Part shown: piece after piece, positions 1-9,942 of the stretch | Numbering within the stretch: the first letter of the stretch is position 1 | How the letters are laid out: the number at the start of each line of letters is the position of its first letter | Virus record (IMG/VR): IMGVR_UViG_3300003890_000025 | Coordinates: 15,149-79,148 of that record | Length of the DNA stretch: 64,000 bases | DNA from: a virus | Strand: one strand, 5' to 3' | Position numbers and translations under genes: made by a program | Notes under the pieces: generated by a model | Seen by the model: only the letters and a program-made list of their open reading frames with translations | Database searches by the model: none | Told to the model about the DNA's origin: nothing

Positions 1-1500
1 AATAGTGTTATGACCTGCTGTTAAATCTGTACCTGCGTCTTTACCTATTAAAGTGTTACCATTTGCAGTGGTGGCTGATTTACCTGCTCTATAACCTATT
101 ATAGTATTATTAACTCCGGAACTAATTAATTCTCCTGCTTCATGGCCTATTACTATATTAGAGTTAGATACGTTGGTAGTATTGTTTGTATTTCCTAAAA
201 ATATACCATTACCTATGTTACTTAGCATAGGCGAGCCATCGAAGAAAATAGAACCGCTAAGGTATAAGTCCTTCCACTGTTTAGGAGTACCTCCAGCTAT
301 ACCTAAATCTATTGAGTTATCAGTACCTGGTAATAAACTAGTGTTTATAGCTACACTGGCTAAATTTGATAAAGCTAAGTTAGCTTTACCGTTTAATTGT
401 GTTTGAATAGCACTAGTTACACCGCTTAAATGACCTAATTCAGTACTAGTTACTGAACTAGGTTCTATTACTCCACTAGTACTAGATTGTAAGGCTCTAG
501 AGGCTGTTAAAGCCGCTAGTTTAGCTACTGCTATAGCTGCTCCAGTAGATACGTCAGCGTCTACTATAAGAGAACTAGATAGGTTACCAGATCCATTATT
601 ATGTATAACTCCTGGTACAGTAAATACTGATATTGTAGGGGCTACATTAAAGGTTTTAGCTCCACCTATAGTTTGAGCGCCTGAGGTTAATACCCCAGGA
701 TTAGAACCGTCTGCTGGCTGTAGAGTTAATACTTGAGTGCTTAAACTAGCTCCGCTAGAATTCGGAGAAGAGCCTACTGCAGCTAGGGTTAAAGGGTCAT
801 GAGATGATTGATCTAGTGTTATACCACTAGCACCTGGTACTATAGTAGCCTCTCCTGCTGTATTAGGTGCTTTTAGCTTCCACGAGTTTCTATCACTTGA
901 TACTTTAACGTGTCCTGTAGGAGTAGAAGCCTCTTCAACCTCAATACCAGAACCAGCACCACTACCTGCTCCTCCACCATCATTTAAAGTTATTAATGAA
1001 TCAGTTACGTTTAAATTAGTTACGTTCTGATTATTAACACTACCTATTATATTTACTGTAGCTGTTGGGTGACCTATATTAATAATAGCAGCATTATTAA
1101 CCCCTAGAGATAAAGTAGCAGATGGACTTACGTCTATACCACCTTCTGCTAATATTTCACCCTGAGCTGTTATGTTCTCTACCTCTAAAGTATTAGTAGT
1201 ATCATTAAAGGCTAAGTTTAATACATCCTCAGTTAAGTTACCATTAGAATCAGCAAAAGGTATAGCTTTATGTGTTAGTCCTACTAATCTACCAGCTAAT
1301 ACCCAATTAGTATTAGTGCCACTGTCTTGTTTTATATAAATCTTACCAGTAGTAGTGCTAATGTAAACGTCACCCTTATCTCCAGCTACGCTGGTTACGC
1401 TAGGGTCTAAATTGCCAGCCTGTATAGAAGCACTTTCTAAAAGCTTTAATTTAGCTTTTAGTGACTTTACTATCGCACCCTGAAAAATAACTGCTGGCAT
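1..1500 (-). CDS. Tail fibre protein, runs off the window's left edge (partial)
   Basis: Not in ORF track. ATG at 1500 with AGGAG RBS; MPAVIFQGAIVKSLKAKL...GDKGDVYISTTTGKIYIKQDSGTNTNWV; Gly/Ser/Thr-rich; segment LNVTDSLITLNDGG resembles LDVEDNNITLNKGG in the 3351..6260 fibre. Confidence 0.8.
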   Translation of the reverse strand, partial: MPAVIFQGAIVKSLKAKLKLLESASIQAGNLDPSVTSVAGDKGDVYISTTTGKIYIKQDSGTNTNWVLAGRLVGLTHKAIPFADSNGNLTEDVLNLAFNDTTNTLEVENITAQGEILAEGGIDVSPSATLSLGVNNAAIINIGHPTATVNIIGSVNNQNVTNLNVTDSLITLNDGGGAGSGAGSGIEVEEASTPTGHVKVSSDRNSWKLKAPNTAGEATIVPGASGITLDQSSHDPLTLAAVGSSPNSSGASLSTQVLTLQPADGSNPGVLTSGAQTIGGAKTFNVAPTISVFTVPGVIHNNGSGNLSSSLIVDADVSTGAAIAVAKLAALTASRALQSSTSGVIEPSSVTSTELGHLSGVTSAIQTQLNGKANLALSNLASVAINTSLLPGTDNSIDLGIAGGTPKQWKDLYLSGSIFFDGSPMLSNIGNGIFLGNTNNTTNVSNSNIVIGHEAGELISSGVNNTIIGYRAGKSATTANGNTLIGKDAGTDLTAGHNTI

Positions 1501-1512
1501 CTAATACTCCTA

Positions 1513-1926
1513 TTAGCCTAAGAAGTTTAGTACTAAGCTACCTGAGGTAGGCACTACGTTTTCCATATTTCTAACACTTATTCTAGTACCTTGTGGTATA
1601 TTAACTTCTATAATTTGATCACTACCAGGACCTATAATAAACTTTAATACCTCTAATGCTGGAGGACCTTCATATACTCCTATAAAATACCCAGTAGTAT
1701 CTAAGCACTGTATCTTACGTACTTGTTCTGCTAAACTAGCTACTACTTGTAGAGGTGAAGATGAGCTAGCTGGTACTAAAGTGCCATCTAGTACAGGAGT
1801 GTCCATAAGATCTACAGTGTCTAAGGCTGCTCCTGCACCTGCTACTACGTTTACTTTTAGAGAATCACTAATTCCGTCATAAACTGTTTTAATGACCTGT
1901 TGATGGTCTAAGTCTGTCCAGCTCAT
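1513..1926 (-). CDS. Virion structural protein (adaptor paralogue 1)
   Basis: N-terminus TDLDHQQVIKTVYD shared with 12623..13153 and 15853..16245; AGGAG RBS. Confidence 0.6.
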   Translation of the reverse strand: MSWTDLDHQQVIKTVYDGISDSLKVNVVAGAGAALDTVDLMDTPVLDGTLVPASSSSPLQVVASLAEQVRKIQCLDTTGYFIGVYEGPPALEVLKFIIGPGSDQIIEVNIPQGTRISVRNMENVVPTSGSLVLNFLG

Positions 1927-1935
1927 TTATACTCC

Positions 1936-2118
1936 TTACTTATTTATAAGTAATTTTTTAAGTTTTTTAAATCTATCTTTTTTAGATGGAATGTCATACC
2001 CCTCGTCCCTAGCTTCTGATAAAGCTATAGCTATTTTCTGGACATGACTTCTATTCTCACCTTTCATTTTTCTCATCTTTTTCTCTATAAACTCTCTAGC
2101 TTCTTTACTATATTTCAT
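1936..2118 (-). CDS. Small basic protein, DUF6496-like
   Basis: QKIAIALSEAR motif recognised from memory. Confidence 0.5.
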   Translation of the reverse strand: MKYSKEAREFIEKKMRKMKGENRSHVQKIAIALSEARDEGYDIPSKKDRFKKLKKLLINK

Positions 2119-2139
2119 TATACAAACTACCTATAAACC

Positions 2140-2877
2140 TTAATAACAAAAAGGCTCTTTACTGTACGCAGCCATATTTATATACGGATTATTCGGGTGT
2201 TGAAAATAATCCATTATCATCTCTTTTATCTTCCTACCGGCCATTTGCTTCTTAAGAAATCTTTTACCAGCCCATAGGACTAATCTACGTTTCCACCCTT
2301 TTAAATTCTTGCTTTGTTTTAAAGCATATATCTGAGACCAAGTCATAAAATGCCAACCATTCACTAGTAAAGACGCTGTGTAGTAAAGGGTAGTAAACCA
2401 TCCTACTTGTCCAGCAGCTACTTGCATTAAAAATACTGTTGAAGGCTGTTGTAATGGCTCAAAGTCTCGTTTCTTCCAAAACCTAATTATTGACTCTATA
2501 AAACTAGAGTCAGGATTATGGTCATCAAATATATAACATTTCCGTTTCCCGTATTCTAACCACTCTCTAGGTAAATCTTCTATTCCCAGTAAAATATAAC
2601 CAACTGCAGTACCATTATGATTATCGTGGCTATTAATTAAATGAGAATTTGGGTACCTCTCTTGTAGGCCTCTGCGTAAAGTAACAGCCTCTACTGCCAG
2701 CCTAAAGTGTTCTTTATCTTTATCTAATTCCACTAAACCTGCGGAGTATTTTAAGGCATAAAAAAAGCTTAAAAATAATAAGGCATTATCATTATTCTCA
2801 TTAGGAGATAAACAAGCCCCTCCCCAAGGCATGAGGTAATTATTCTCAAAATCTTTTAAAGCCTCTAATGCAGTCAT
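2140..2877 (-). CDS. Hypothetical protein
   Basis: 245-aa ORF co-oriented within the late operon. Confidence 0.6.
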   Translation of the reverse strand: MTALEALKDFENNYLMPWGGACLSPNENNDNALLFLSFFYALKYSAGLVELDKDKEHFRLAVEAVTLRRGLQERYPNSHLINSHDNHNGTAVGYILLGIEDLPREWLEYGKRKCYIFDDHNPDSSFIESIIRFWKKRDFEPLQQPSTVFLMQVAAGQVGWFTTLYYTASLLVNGWHFMTWSQIYALKQSKNLKGWKRRLVLWAGKRFLKKQMAGRKIKEMIMDYFQHPNNPYINMAAYSKEPFCY

Positions 2878-2881
2878 CTAA

Positions 2882-3349
2882 TTAAGGCTCCTCTGGCCAT
2901 ACAACTTCACTTATATCATTTATATTTTGAAACTGTGCAGGTAAATCTCGTAACGCCTGCCTATAAACAACATAAGCCTGTTTTTGCTCTTGAGAGAGTG
3001 GTGAGTCTGGTAACTGTGTCCAGTCGCATTTAGCCAAAAGATCATTTCTCTTTTCTCGTAATTGCCCCATCACCAATTGATTGCCAAGGTCTTCAATTTC
3101 TATAGTGTATTGAGCGCGCAGCCTCACCCTAGGCGGCTCTATTTGCTCGTCACCATTCATCACTGCGGGAATTTCTTCTAATACATCTTCTGGGGTATAC
3201 GGCTCAGAACCCACCACAACTATACGCTCTGGTAAGCCCCACCAATTGTTTGACGTGCCTTGCATAATCCATTGACCCGCAACTTCTTCGTTTGTAAAAG
3301 TACCACCAGATTCAGCTCCGTTTGTTCTATATATTATTACTCTTTTCAT
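2882..3349 (-). CDS. Tail fibre assembly chaperone
   Basis: LREKRNDLLAKCDWTQLPDSPL...YRQALRDLP...WPEEP motif, directly downstream of a fibre gene. Confidence 0.85.
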   Translation of the reverse strand: MKRVIIYRTNGAESGGTFTNEEVAGQWIMQGTSNNWWGLPERIVVVGSEPYTPEDVLEEIPAVMNGDEQIEPPRVRLRAQYTIEIEDLGNQLVMGQLREKRNDLLAKCDWTQLPDSPLSQEQKQAYVVYRQALRDLPAQFQNINDISEVVWPEEP

Positions 3350-3350
3350 A

Positions 3351-6260
3351 TTAATTTACCTTCATAATAGAAACATAATTTGAGGCCTCAAGAGGTTCCA
3401 TATTTTTAGAAGCCCCACTGGCCTGGTATCCTAAAACGCTAATTACATCACCAACATTTGCATAAAGACCGGAACTTACAAGCACCCCAATAGTTTCTTG
3501 CCCCGCAGCAGTTGTGGCGCACGCCCTAACCCCCCTAGCAAACTCGATTCCATTTACATATATTACTGGAAACACAGAATAAGCAGTTGAAAATCCAACA
3601 CCAACGGTTAATAAAGCTTCTACGCGATAATATCCAGAAACAGGAACAATATATCTCCACGTATTCGTATATATAGCCTGATTTCCACCTCCAGCCCCAA
3701 CTACAGCATTATGTGTGTCATATTGTTTAGTTGGAAAATCTAAAAATCTACCGGAGGCGTTAGGCAAACTATTTCCTGCCGCCGAAGTATACCTAGCCGC
3801 CACCAACTCCCCGCCCATTAACGTCTGAGGGGATTGGATTTTGTGAATAACAATTTGATAATCAGACGAGCTGCCAGACCCAAACGTCCACGTTCCAACA
3901 GACGCAGAGACGGCATCAATATAATCACCTGCATTTAAATAAATTTCACTGTCAACTGAAACTACCACGTTTGACGTCGCCGCCGAAACTGGATACGTTC
4001 CTGTAGAAAACACAGTTCCATTTTTTCGCAAGCGAATAATTAAAGTACCACTACCAGAGCTTGAAGCTGGATAGCGAGCTGAAATTTTATAATAACCAGA
4101 TTCGCGAGCCGTGTATTTCCAGGAGGCTCCAGTCGTAACGGCAGCAACAGTATCATAATCACTTAAATTAAAATCAAGAACCGTGTCGCCAGATGGAACA
4201 CTACCGCTTCCTGATGTTTTATAATACCTAGCCGCAATCACCCGCCCACCAAAATCACTGCTTATTACTGAGTTAGATGACCAACCTTGGATGGGGACAG
4301 CAAACTCGGCTTTAACAAACAAATTGGTATCGGCAAAGTTTATGCCAGACCCACTATTCCACACAGTTCCTGGAGTTTCCATCATTAGTTTTACAGTAGT
4401 AGAGCTTACGGGTGCAATCACAACAACAACTTCGTCAGAAAGTAAGTCACCAATAAAACCAGTACCTAGCTGTGATCCGAAAAAATCTGTGGTTCCGCCC
4501 AATTGCACTTTATCCGTGTTGATTGTATATCCAGATGGCAAATTTATTAAATAACTTCCACTTCCAGCAGTGCCTGCCGTAGTATGTCTATAATTAACTC
4601 GAAAATAAGCATACTCACCTACTTTTCTAACAGAAATTGTATCTACAGACGTTGTACCCTTAGTTGGATTGGTGCCTGTTCCTGTAAAGGTAATTGTTCC
4701 TAAAAATTTTTCATCCTCAACAACACTTCCCCTTGCAATCTCTCTTGGCCCCACTATTACGTTGTCATAATTAATTGTCCAGCTTGTCGTTGTGTTTGTG
4801 GCCACATGGAATATTAGTCGGTACGAAGACGAGTTGGAATTAGATTGAAACTCTCCAATATACGTTCCAAAATCAGACGCCATCAAGTCTCTTTGCGATA
4901 GCTCAATTACTGAAGCATTGGTTACATCGTAAACATAAACCCTGACAAATCCATCTTGATAATTTGTGCTTGTCTTATAATCAAACGATACCCTTATCAC
5001 CTTAGCTCTATCGGCTAAGTCAATAGTGAAATCTGTACTAACACCCTCTCCTCGTAAGTTACTAGTTCCTTTTGAAAATAAAAAGTCAGCAGTTTTACGA
5101 AGCGGAGTAGTTGTGTTACGAGTTAATGTAATGGCCGCAGTTCCGCCTGTTCCGTCTACAGGTACCTCGCTTGCAGCATCTTTATAAGTATTCCAACCAG
5201 TTAAATTGCTGTCAGCGTCGGGATTGCTAATATAATTAATACCACCACTACCAGCCCCCACTTTACTTTCAGAGCCGTCATCATTTAACTGATAAAGGAA
5301 TCCGTCTGATTTAAAATATATTCGACCAAACCCAGAAGAAGGAGTCGTAGGAGTAGATATTTCAGCTAAAGTAACAGCATCAGAAAAGGTTTTATTAGAC
5401 ATGGACTGAGTAGCTGAGCTAGTTATAACTTGAGACTCACTACCATTAGGACCTAATTTAAACCTACTAGCTAGAGCAGAGTCATATAATACTCTAGCTA
5501 GAGTAGATCCTCCAGTACCTTCTACTGATAACCCAGCGTCTGCTGCAGTAGCATTTGTACCACCTTTATTTAAGGTTATATTATTATCTTCTACATCTAG
5601 CGTAGCTACGTTTAAAGTAGTAGTATCTCCTTGGACTGTTAAATTACCAGGTATTACTACAGTAGAGTTAGAAGCTCCTAAAGTTATATTATTAGCTCCT
5701 ACAGTAGCTCCTATAGATAAACTACCAGCTGCTGGTACGTCTATACCACCACTAGAACCAGTAGGTACTACTATCCTAGCGTCTGACACTACTAAACCAG
5801 TACCATTGGGGTCTAAATTTATATTACCGTTAGTATTAGTACTAGCTATAGTATTACCGTCTAATTCTAAGTTATCTACTTGTAATAAAGTCTTATTGGT
5901 TATATTTTGAGCTGTATCAGTACCTACTATAGTAGTATTAGCATTAGGTACTGTTAAAGTCCTAGTAGTACCAGTACTTATTGCAGATGCTTCAAATCTT
6001 AATTGTTTAGTATTATCAGAATTATCTTGTATCGTAAAATTATTATCTAATACGGTTATAGTATTAGTATTATCAAGAGACTTATTAGATACTGCTTGGG
6101 CTTTAGCTACCTGTAATACTATATCAGTTACAGCTGAGTTTCTTATATTTAATACATCGGCTGTACTATTATAGGCTAATTCCCCTTGGTTAGTTAAGGT
6201 AGGACTAGCTTCTGGTAGTATTACCGCTGATTTTTTTATTATAAATGGTTTTATAGTCAC
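3351..6260 (-). CDS. Tail fibre / receptor-binding protein with tandem C-terminal C1q-like domains
   Basis: 969 aa, GTG start with AAGGAG RBS; Thr/Ser/Gly-rich; two C-terminal repeats (GGRVIAARY..WKYTARESGYY; GGELVAARY..WRYIVPVSGYY). Confidence 0.8.
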   Translation of the reverse strand: MTIKPFIIKKSAVILPEASPTLTNQGELAYNSTADVLNIRNSAVTDIVLQVAKAQAVSNKSLDNTNTITVLDNNFTIQDNSDNTKQLRFEASAISTGTTRTLTVPNANTTIVGTDTAQNITNKTLLQVDNLELDGNTIASTNTNGNINLDPNGTGLVVSDARIVVPTGSSGGIDVPAAGSLSIGATVGANNITLGASNSTVVIPGNLTVQGDTTTLNVATLDVEDNNITLNKGGTNATAADAGLSVEGTGGSTLARVLYDSALASRFKLGPNGSESQVITSSATQSMSNKTFSDAVTLAEISTPTTPSSGFGRIYFKSDGFLYQLNDDGSESKVGAGSGGINYISNPDADSNLTGWNTYKDAASEVPVDGTGGTAAITLTRNTTTPLRKTADFLFSKGTSNLRGEGVSTDFTIDLADRAKVIRVSFDYKTSTNYQDGFVRVYVYDVTNASVIELSQRDLMASDFGTYIGEFQSNSNSSSYRLIFHVATNTTTSWTINYDNVIVGPREIARGSVVEDEKFLGTITFTGTGTNPTKGTTSVDTISVRKVGEYAYFRVNYRHTTAGTAGSGSYLINLPSGYTINTDKVQLGGTTDFFGSQLGTGFIGDLLSDEVVVVIAPVSSTTVKLMMETPGTVWNSGSGINFADTNLFVKAEFAVPIQGWSSNSVISSDFGGRVIAARYYKTSGSGSVPSGDTVLDFNLSDYDTVAAVTTGASWKYTARESGYYKISARYPASSSGSGTLIIRLRKNGTVFSTGTYPVSAATSNVVVSVDSEIYLNAGDYIDAVSASVGTWTFGSGSSSDYQIVIHKIQSPQTLMGGELVAARYTSAAGNSLPNASGRFLDFPTKQYDTHNAVVGAGGGNQAIYTNTWRYIVPVSGYYRVEALLTVGVGFSTAYSVFPVIYVNGIEFARGVRACATTAAGQETIGVLVSSGLYANVGDVISVLGYQASGASKNMEPLEASNYVSIMKVN

Positions 6261-6287
6261 TTTATATCTCCTTCATTGTCCAGAGAG

Positions 6288-6767
6288 TTATGTTTTTTGT
6301 AAAACCCTAGCTCTATACTTTATACGACCTACGTGAGTAGCTGCTAAAGGTGTGGCCGTATACCTCACCTGACCTCCAGCAGTAATGGAAAAGTTTACCT
6401 GAGCCTCTCCTATTGAGTTACCTATTTGAGTAATAGTCCACGAATTAGCTATATCTCTATATAGTAAATATAAATGTCCAGCCTCTGCGACCTCTGAAGC
6501 ACCAGAGTTATAAGACCTATAAACGTAATACTCTACTACCGCAGACCTAATATTAGCCGTACTAAAAGCTAATCCATCTACATCGTGAGTTAATCCGTCA
6601 TTATTAACTATTACTAAAGTATTAGGACCTATATCACCGTCTACTATTAACTCATTTAATTCATTAGTAACTGCTACTGCCCAGTCTGTTGCATCAGTGG
6701 CCCAAAGCTCGTCTGTTTGTACGGGGTAGTTATAAGTAACCCCAGCTATAGTCAATGCTACAGTCAT
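6288..6767 (-). CDS. Virion structural protein
   Basis: ATG at 6767 with GGGAGA RBS preferred over TTG at 6791; late-promoter motif upstream. Confidence 0.6.
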   Translation of the reverse strand: MTVALTIAGVTYNYPVQTDELWATDATDWAVAVTNELNELIVDGDIGPNTLVIVNNDGLTHDVDGLAFSTANIRSAVVEYYVYRSYNSGASEVAEAGHLYLLYRDIANSWTITQIGNSIGEAQVNFSITAGGQVRYTATPLAATHVGRIKYRARVLQKT

Positions 6768-6810
6768 CAAAAATCTCCCATAAAGGGTCAAAACGAGGGA
6801 TTCATTACCC

Positions 6811-6827
6811 TCTATTAAGAGTTGTTA
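6811..6827 (-). promoter_or_regulatory. Putative phage late promoter TAACAACTCTTAATAGA
   Basis: Member of recurring WAACAAMT-N5/6-TA motif; followed by GAGGG/CCCTC hairpin. Confidence 0.65.
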
Positions 6828-6974
6828 TCAATTATTAATCCCATTCCTGCTCTTTTATAAGCTTTATATAATCTTTCATAGAGTAAATGTTCCCAAGCAT
6901 AATAACACACCAATTACCATTAAACATTATAGCATAACCTATAGGATATAGGCCAATACCATCAGTATATTCCA

Positions 6975-7358
6975 TTAAGGCATGAACCAACGTTTACCTG
7001 ATTTTGGTGGTATAGCTTGAAAATGAACCCAAGTCTCAGTAGCCTTAAAATCTTCCATCCACAAACCTATTTCTTCTAAAAGCTTCTCATTAGCTAAGCA
7101 CCACTTCTGTAGCTCTTTTTTAGGGTCTGATATATCTGCAGCTAATCCCAATAAATGATTAGACTTTATCGCATTAGATCTGCCAGAAGCTATTAATTTC
7201 TGTTGATCTTCATTAGACCTTAATCCAGAAGTTATTATCATAGGCTTACCCCAAGCCTTTCTAACCTTATTTAGCTTATCTAATAGAATCTTTAGGTTTT
7301 TTTCTTGTTCTATAGTTAATTTATAACCTTTTGGATTTAGTTCTTTTATCACTATCAT
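6975..7358 (-). CDS. Peptidase M15 family, probable endolysin
   Basis: SGLRS...SNHLLGLAADI...WVHFQ Zn-peptidase motifs. Confidence 0.8.
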   Translation of the reverse strand: MIVIKELNPKGYKLTIEQEKNLKILLDKLNKVRKAWGKPMIITSGLRSNEDQQKLIASGRSNAIKSNHLLGLAADISDPKKELQKWCLANEKLLEEIGLWMEDFKATETWVHFQAIPPKSGKRWFMP

Positions 7359-7378
7359 ACTAATATTTGTTTTATAAT

Positions 7379-7411
7379 AAAAACCCCCGCTACTTTTCAG
7401 TAGCGAGGGTT
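7379..7411 (-). terminator. Rho-independent terminator after major capsid gene
   Basis: ACCCTCGCTACT-GAAA-AGTAGCGGGGGT followed by a T-run. Confidence 0.85.
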
Positions 7412-7443
7412 AGGTTGATTACTAATATATAGTTAACTAGTTA

Positions 7444-8697
7444 TTATGAGTTAACGATATTATAGATAAGAACAAGCTTAGAAGGAGCGTTTGTAAACAA
7501 TGCTTGGTCTGTGTAAAGACGTAGCTCAAATCCAGCATTGCTTTCAAGCTCTCTAAAGAACCTGTCATTACCTTCTCCACCAGGAAGATTAAAGGTAAGA
7601 TCTGTTGATCCTACTCTTGAAAGTTCCTTTGGAGGAATGATAAAGGCATGGCTTTCTTTAACCATGTTGCAAGGACGAATCTCAACTACTCCGTTCTGTG
7701 AATAGAACTTAATAGCTTGAGCACCGTTTTTAGCTTCAGCTAATTGATAAGAGCTGTCATACATGCGTAGAGCAGCTTGATCAGTCATGAGTTTAGACCA
7801 TGCTCTTGGGTTAACAAGACACATTACGTCTTCGTCAAGACCTCTTTCAACAGCCCTAGCAATAGCAGCCTGAATCTTTCCAAAGCTAAGATCGGATCCG
7901 CCTGCATCATAGAGATTACCTTTCCACAAGCTATAAGCAGTAACAGAGATACCGAAAAGGTTACCAGAAGCTTGAGAAATAATCTGATGTAGACCAGGAT
8001 GTTCATTGTATGAAGAAGCACCTGTCCTAGCACCTTTGAAGTGAACTTCGTCTGTAGCGACCAATCCAGTAATAGCTGGAGAGATTGTAAGAGTTCTGGT
8101 TTCCATGTTCACGAATGTGATCTTAGAAGAACCTCTGAGAGTACCGCCGCTATCGAATACTTCAATAGAAGCGTTTTCTGCTCCAGCCCAAATTCCAGGA
8201 GCCCAGTTCGCAGCAGAAACTACAATACTGGTGGTTGTAGAACCAGCAGCAGCTACAGCAAGGGGTTTCTGACCATAAAAGTGAATGATCTCAAGACGTT
8301 TTGCAAGAGACCTCATCATGTTAGCTACAACGTGCTTAACCGTACGGTCAAAAGCAGCTCCTGAGCTAGCAGCTCTTGAGGCTACTGCGTAGCTGATTTG
8401 TGAACGTAAAAGATATTCATAACCTTGAATGGTTGCATCTTTTACTTGTGATGGTTGGCTATCTTCTAAAGCAAAAGCTGATCCATCAGAACCACCGTAG
8501 CTTATTCCCTGCTCTTGAGAAAGAACTACTGGGGCGTGAAAGAGATTACCTAAAAGCTTATCTTGACCGATAAAGTCAATCTCTTTCATCAAAATTACAT
8601 TATCTGGAACTAAATCTTTGACAGCGTCACTATACTTTTCTTTAAAAAAGCCATTTAGACTTCCTGCGACGCCACCACTGTGTGCATTAACTGGCAT
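7444..8697 (-). CDS. Major capsid protein
   Basis: 417 aa after scaffold; strong AGGAGG RBS, own late promoter and terminator; N-terminal LNGFFKEKY...LVP pattern. Confidence 0.8.
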   Translation of the reverse strand: MPVNAHSGGVAGSLNGFFKEKYSDAVKDLVPDNVILMKEIDFIGQDKLLGNLFHAPVVLSQEQGISYGGSDGSAFALEDSQPSQVKDATIQGYEYLLRSQISYAVASRAASSGAAFDRTVKHVVANMMRSLAKRLEIIHFYGQKPLAVAAAGSTTTSIVVSAANWAPGIWAGAENASIEVFDSGGTLRGSSKITFVNMETRTLTISPAITGLVATDEVHFKGARTGASSYNEHPGLHQIISQASGNLFGISVTAYSLWKGNLYDAGGSDLSFGKIQAAIARAVERGLDEDVMCLVNPRAWSKLMTDQAALRMYDSSYQLAEAKNGAQAIKFYSQNGVVEIRPCNMVKESHAFIIPPKELSRVGSTDLTFNLPGGEGNDRFFRELESNAGFELRLYTDQALFTNAPSKLVLIYNIVNS

Positions 8698-8848
8698 ATT
8701 TTATTACCTCCTAAAGTAATATTTAATTGTTATTTTTATTAAAACAGTATACCGAAGATTCTATTATTTTACATTTGGTATCCAGAGTTCCTGATTTTGG
8801 AGTATCTGGAGCCATTTAGTAAACTCAAAAACCTCAAGTTTACAGCTT

Positions 8849-8866
8849 TCTATAAATTATTTGTTA
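8849..8866 (-). promoter_or_regulatory. Putative late promoter TAACAAATAATTTATAGA (capsid)
   Basis: Recurring motif, ~150 nt upstream of capsid ATG. Confidence 0.65.
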
Positions 8867-9853
8867 GGACTTTCGTAACCAATCCTTAATACTCATCTTT
8901 TCCTTACCATTCTGTTTCTGTTTATCTACAGAAGATGAGGACTGTACTGGTAGGGATGGCTTAGACGTTTCGCTTTTAATTTTAGCTACTTGTCTCTTTC
9001 TAACCCTCTTTAAATTCTCTTGTCCTATTAGATTTTCTAATATATCCTCTGGACTCACGCTTAATAGGTTTTGAATGTCTTTATGCATCTCTTTCTTAAC
9101 TATGTTCATAGCTTGTTTAGGAGTAATATCCTTATCAGACTTGGCAAAAGACAGCATAACATCAGTAAACCTTTTAAGAACGTATGGAGATCTCGGTAGT
9201 CCAGTAACCTCGAAAGCCTCTTGAATCTCTTCTTCTAGCTTCATTTCTTGCTCTTGAACTAGTCTTTCATACTCAGCCCTATCTCTCTCCTCCTTTTCTC
9301 TTCTACGCTCCTCCCTTTCCCTTTCTAGCTCTCTCTGAAGTCTTTCTTTTTCTCTTACTTCTGGAGATTTTTGCTCTTCTTCTAATTCCCTAGATAATAT
9401 CTTTTTAGCAAACTCTACCACCGCTTTCTCGCTACCTAAAATGTCAGGATCTGCTAATACTCTCTCTGGATCTGTTCTAAGTAATTCAATAAGTTGAAAA
9501 GCTTCTTGTTTAATTCTAGCAGCTTCAGCCATTCTTTTTTGACCAGCTTTACCTAATTGAGCGTACTTTATCATCTCTTCTTGAGATAATTCTAGCTCTT
9601 CTCCGTCTACTTTAATCTTATAGTAACCTGGATTTTCTGTTGAGGCTTTAGCTTGAACTGACTTAGCAGCCTTATCGGCCTTAGCTATTTGATTAGGGTC
9701 TGATGAAACCTCTTTTGACTCATCTATAGAAGTATCTTCAGACTCAACATTACTGTCTGTACTTTCTGACAATTCTTGACTTGATTCTATATTAGCTGAT
9801 TCTACAATGTTTTCAGCAGCTTCTGGAGCTGATGCTCCTATATTCTCTGACAT
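8864..9853 (-). CDS. Capsid scaffolding protein
   Basis: Acidic disordered N-terminus, YKIKVDGEELEL motif, coiled coil; immediately upstream of capsid gene. Confidence 0.8.
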   Translation of the reverse strand: MSENIGASAPEAAENIVESANIESSQELSESTDSNVESEDTSIDESKEVSSDPNQIAKADKAAKSVQAKASTENPGYYKIKVDGEELELSQEEMIKYAQLGKAGQKRMAEAARIKQEAFQLIELLRTDPERVLADPDILGSEKAVVEFAKKILSRELEEEQKSPEVREKERLQRELEREREERRREKEERDRAEYERLVQEQEMKLEEEIQEAFEVTGLPRSPYVLKRFTDVMLSFAKSDKDITPKQAMNIVKKEMHKDIQNLLSVSPEDILENLIGQENLKRVRKRQVAKIKSETSKPSLPVQSSSSVDKQKQNGKEKMSIKDWLRKS

Positions 9854-9920
9854 AAATTATCTCCTTTGTACCATCTTATTTAGGTAGGTACTTAGTTAAC
9901 CGCCACTTAATTGTGGTGGG

Positions 9921-9937
9921 TCTATAACTAGTTGTTT
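9921..9937 (-). promoter_or_regulatory. Putative late promoter AAACAACTAGTTATAGA (scaffold)
   Basis: Recurring motif followed by a hairpin (CCAC...GTGG). Confidence 0.65.
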
Positions 9938-9942
9938 TTTTA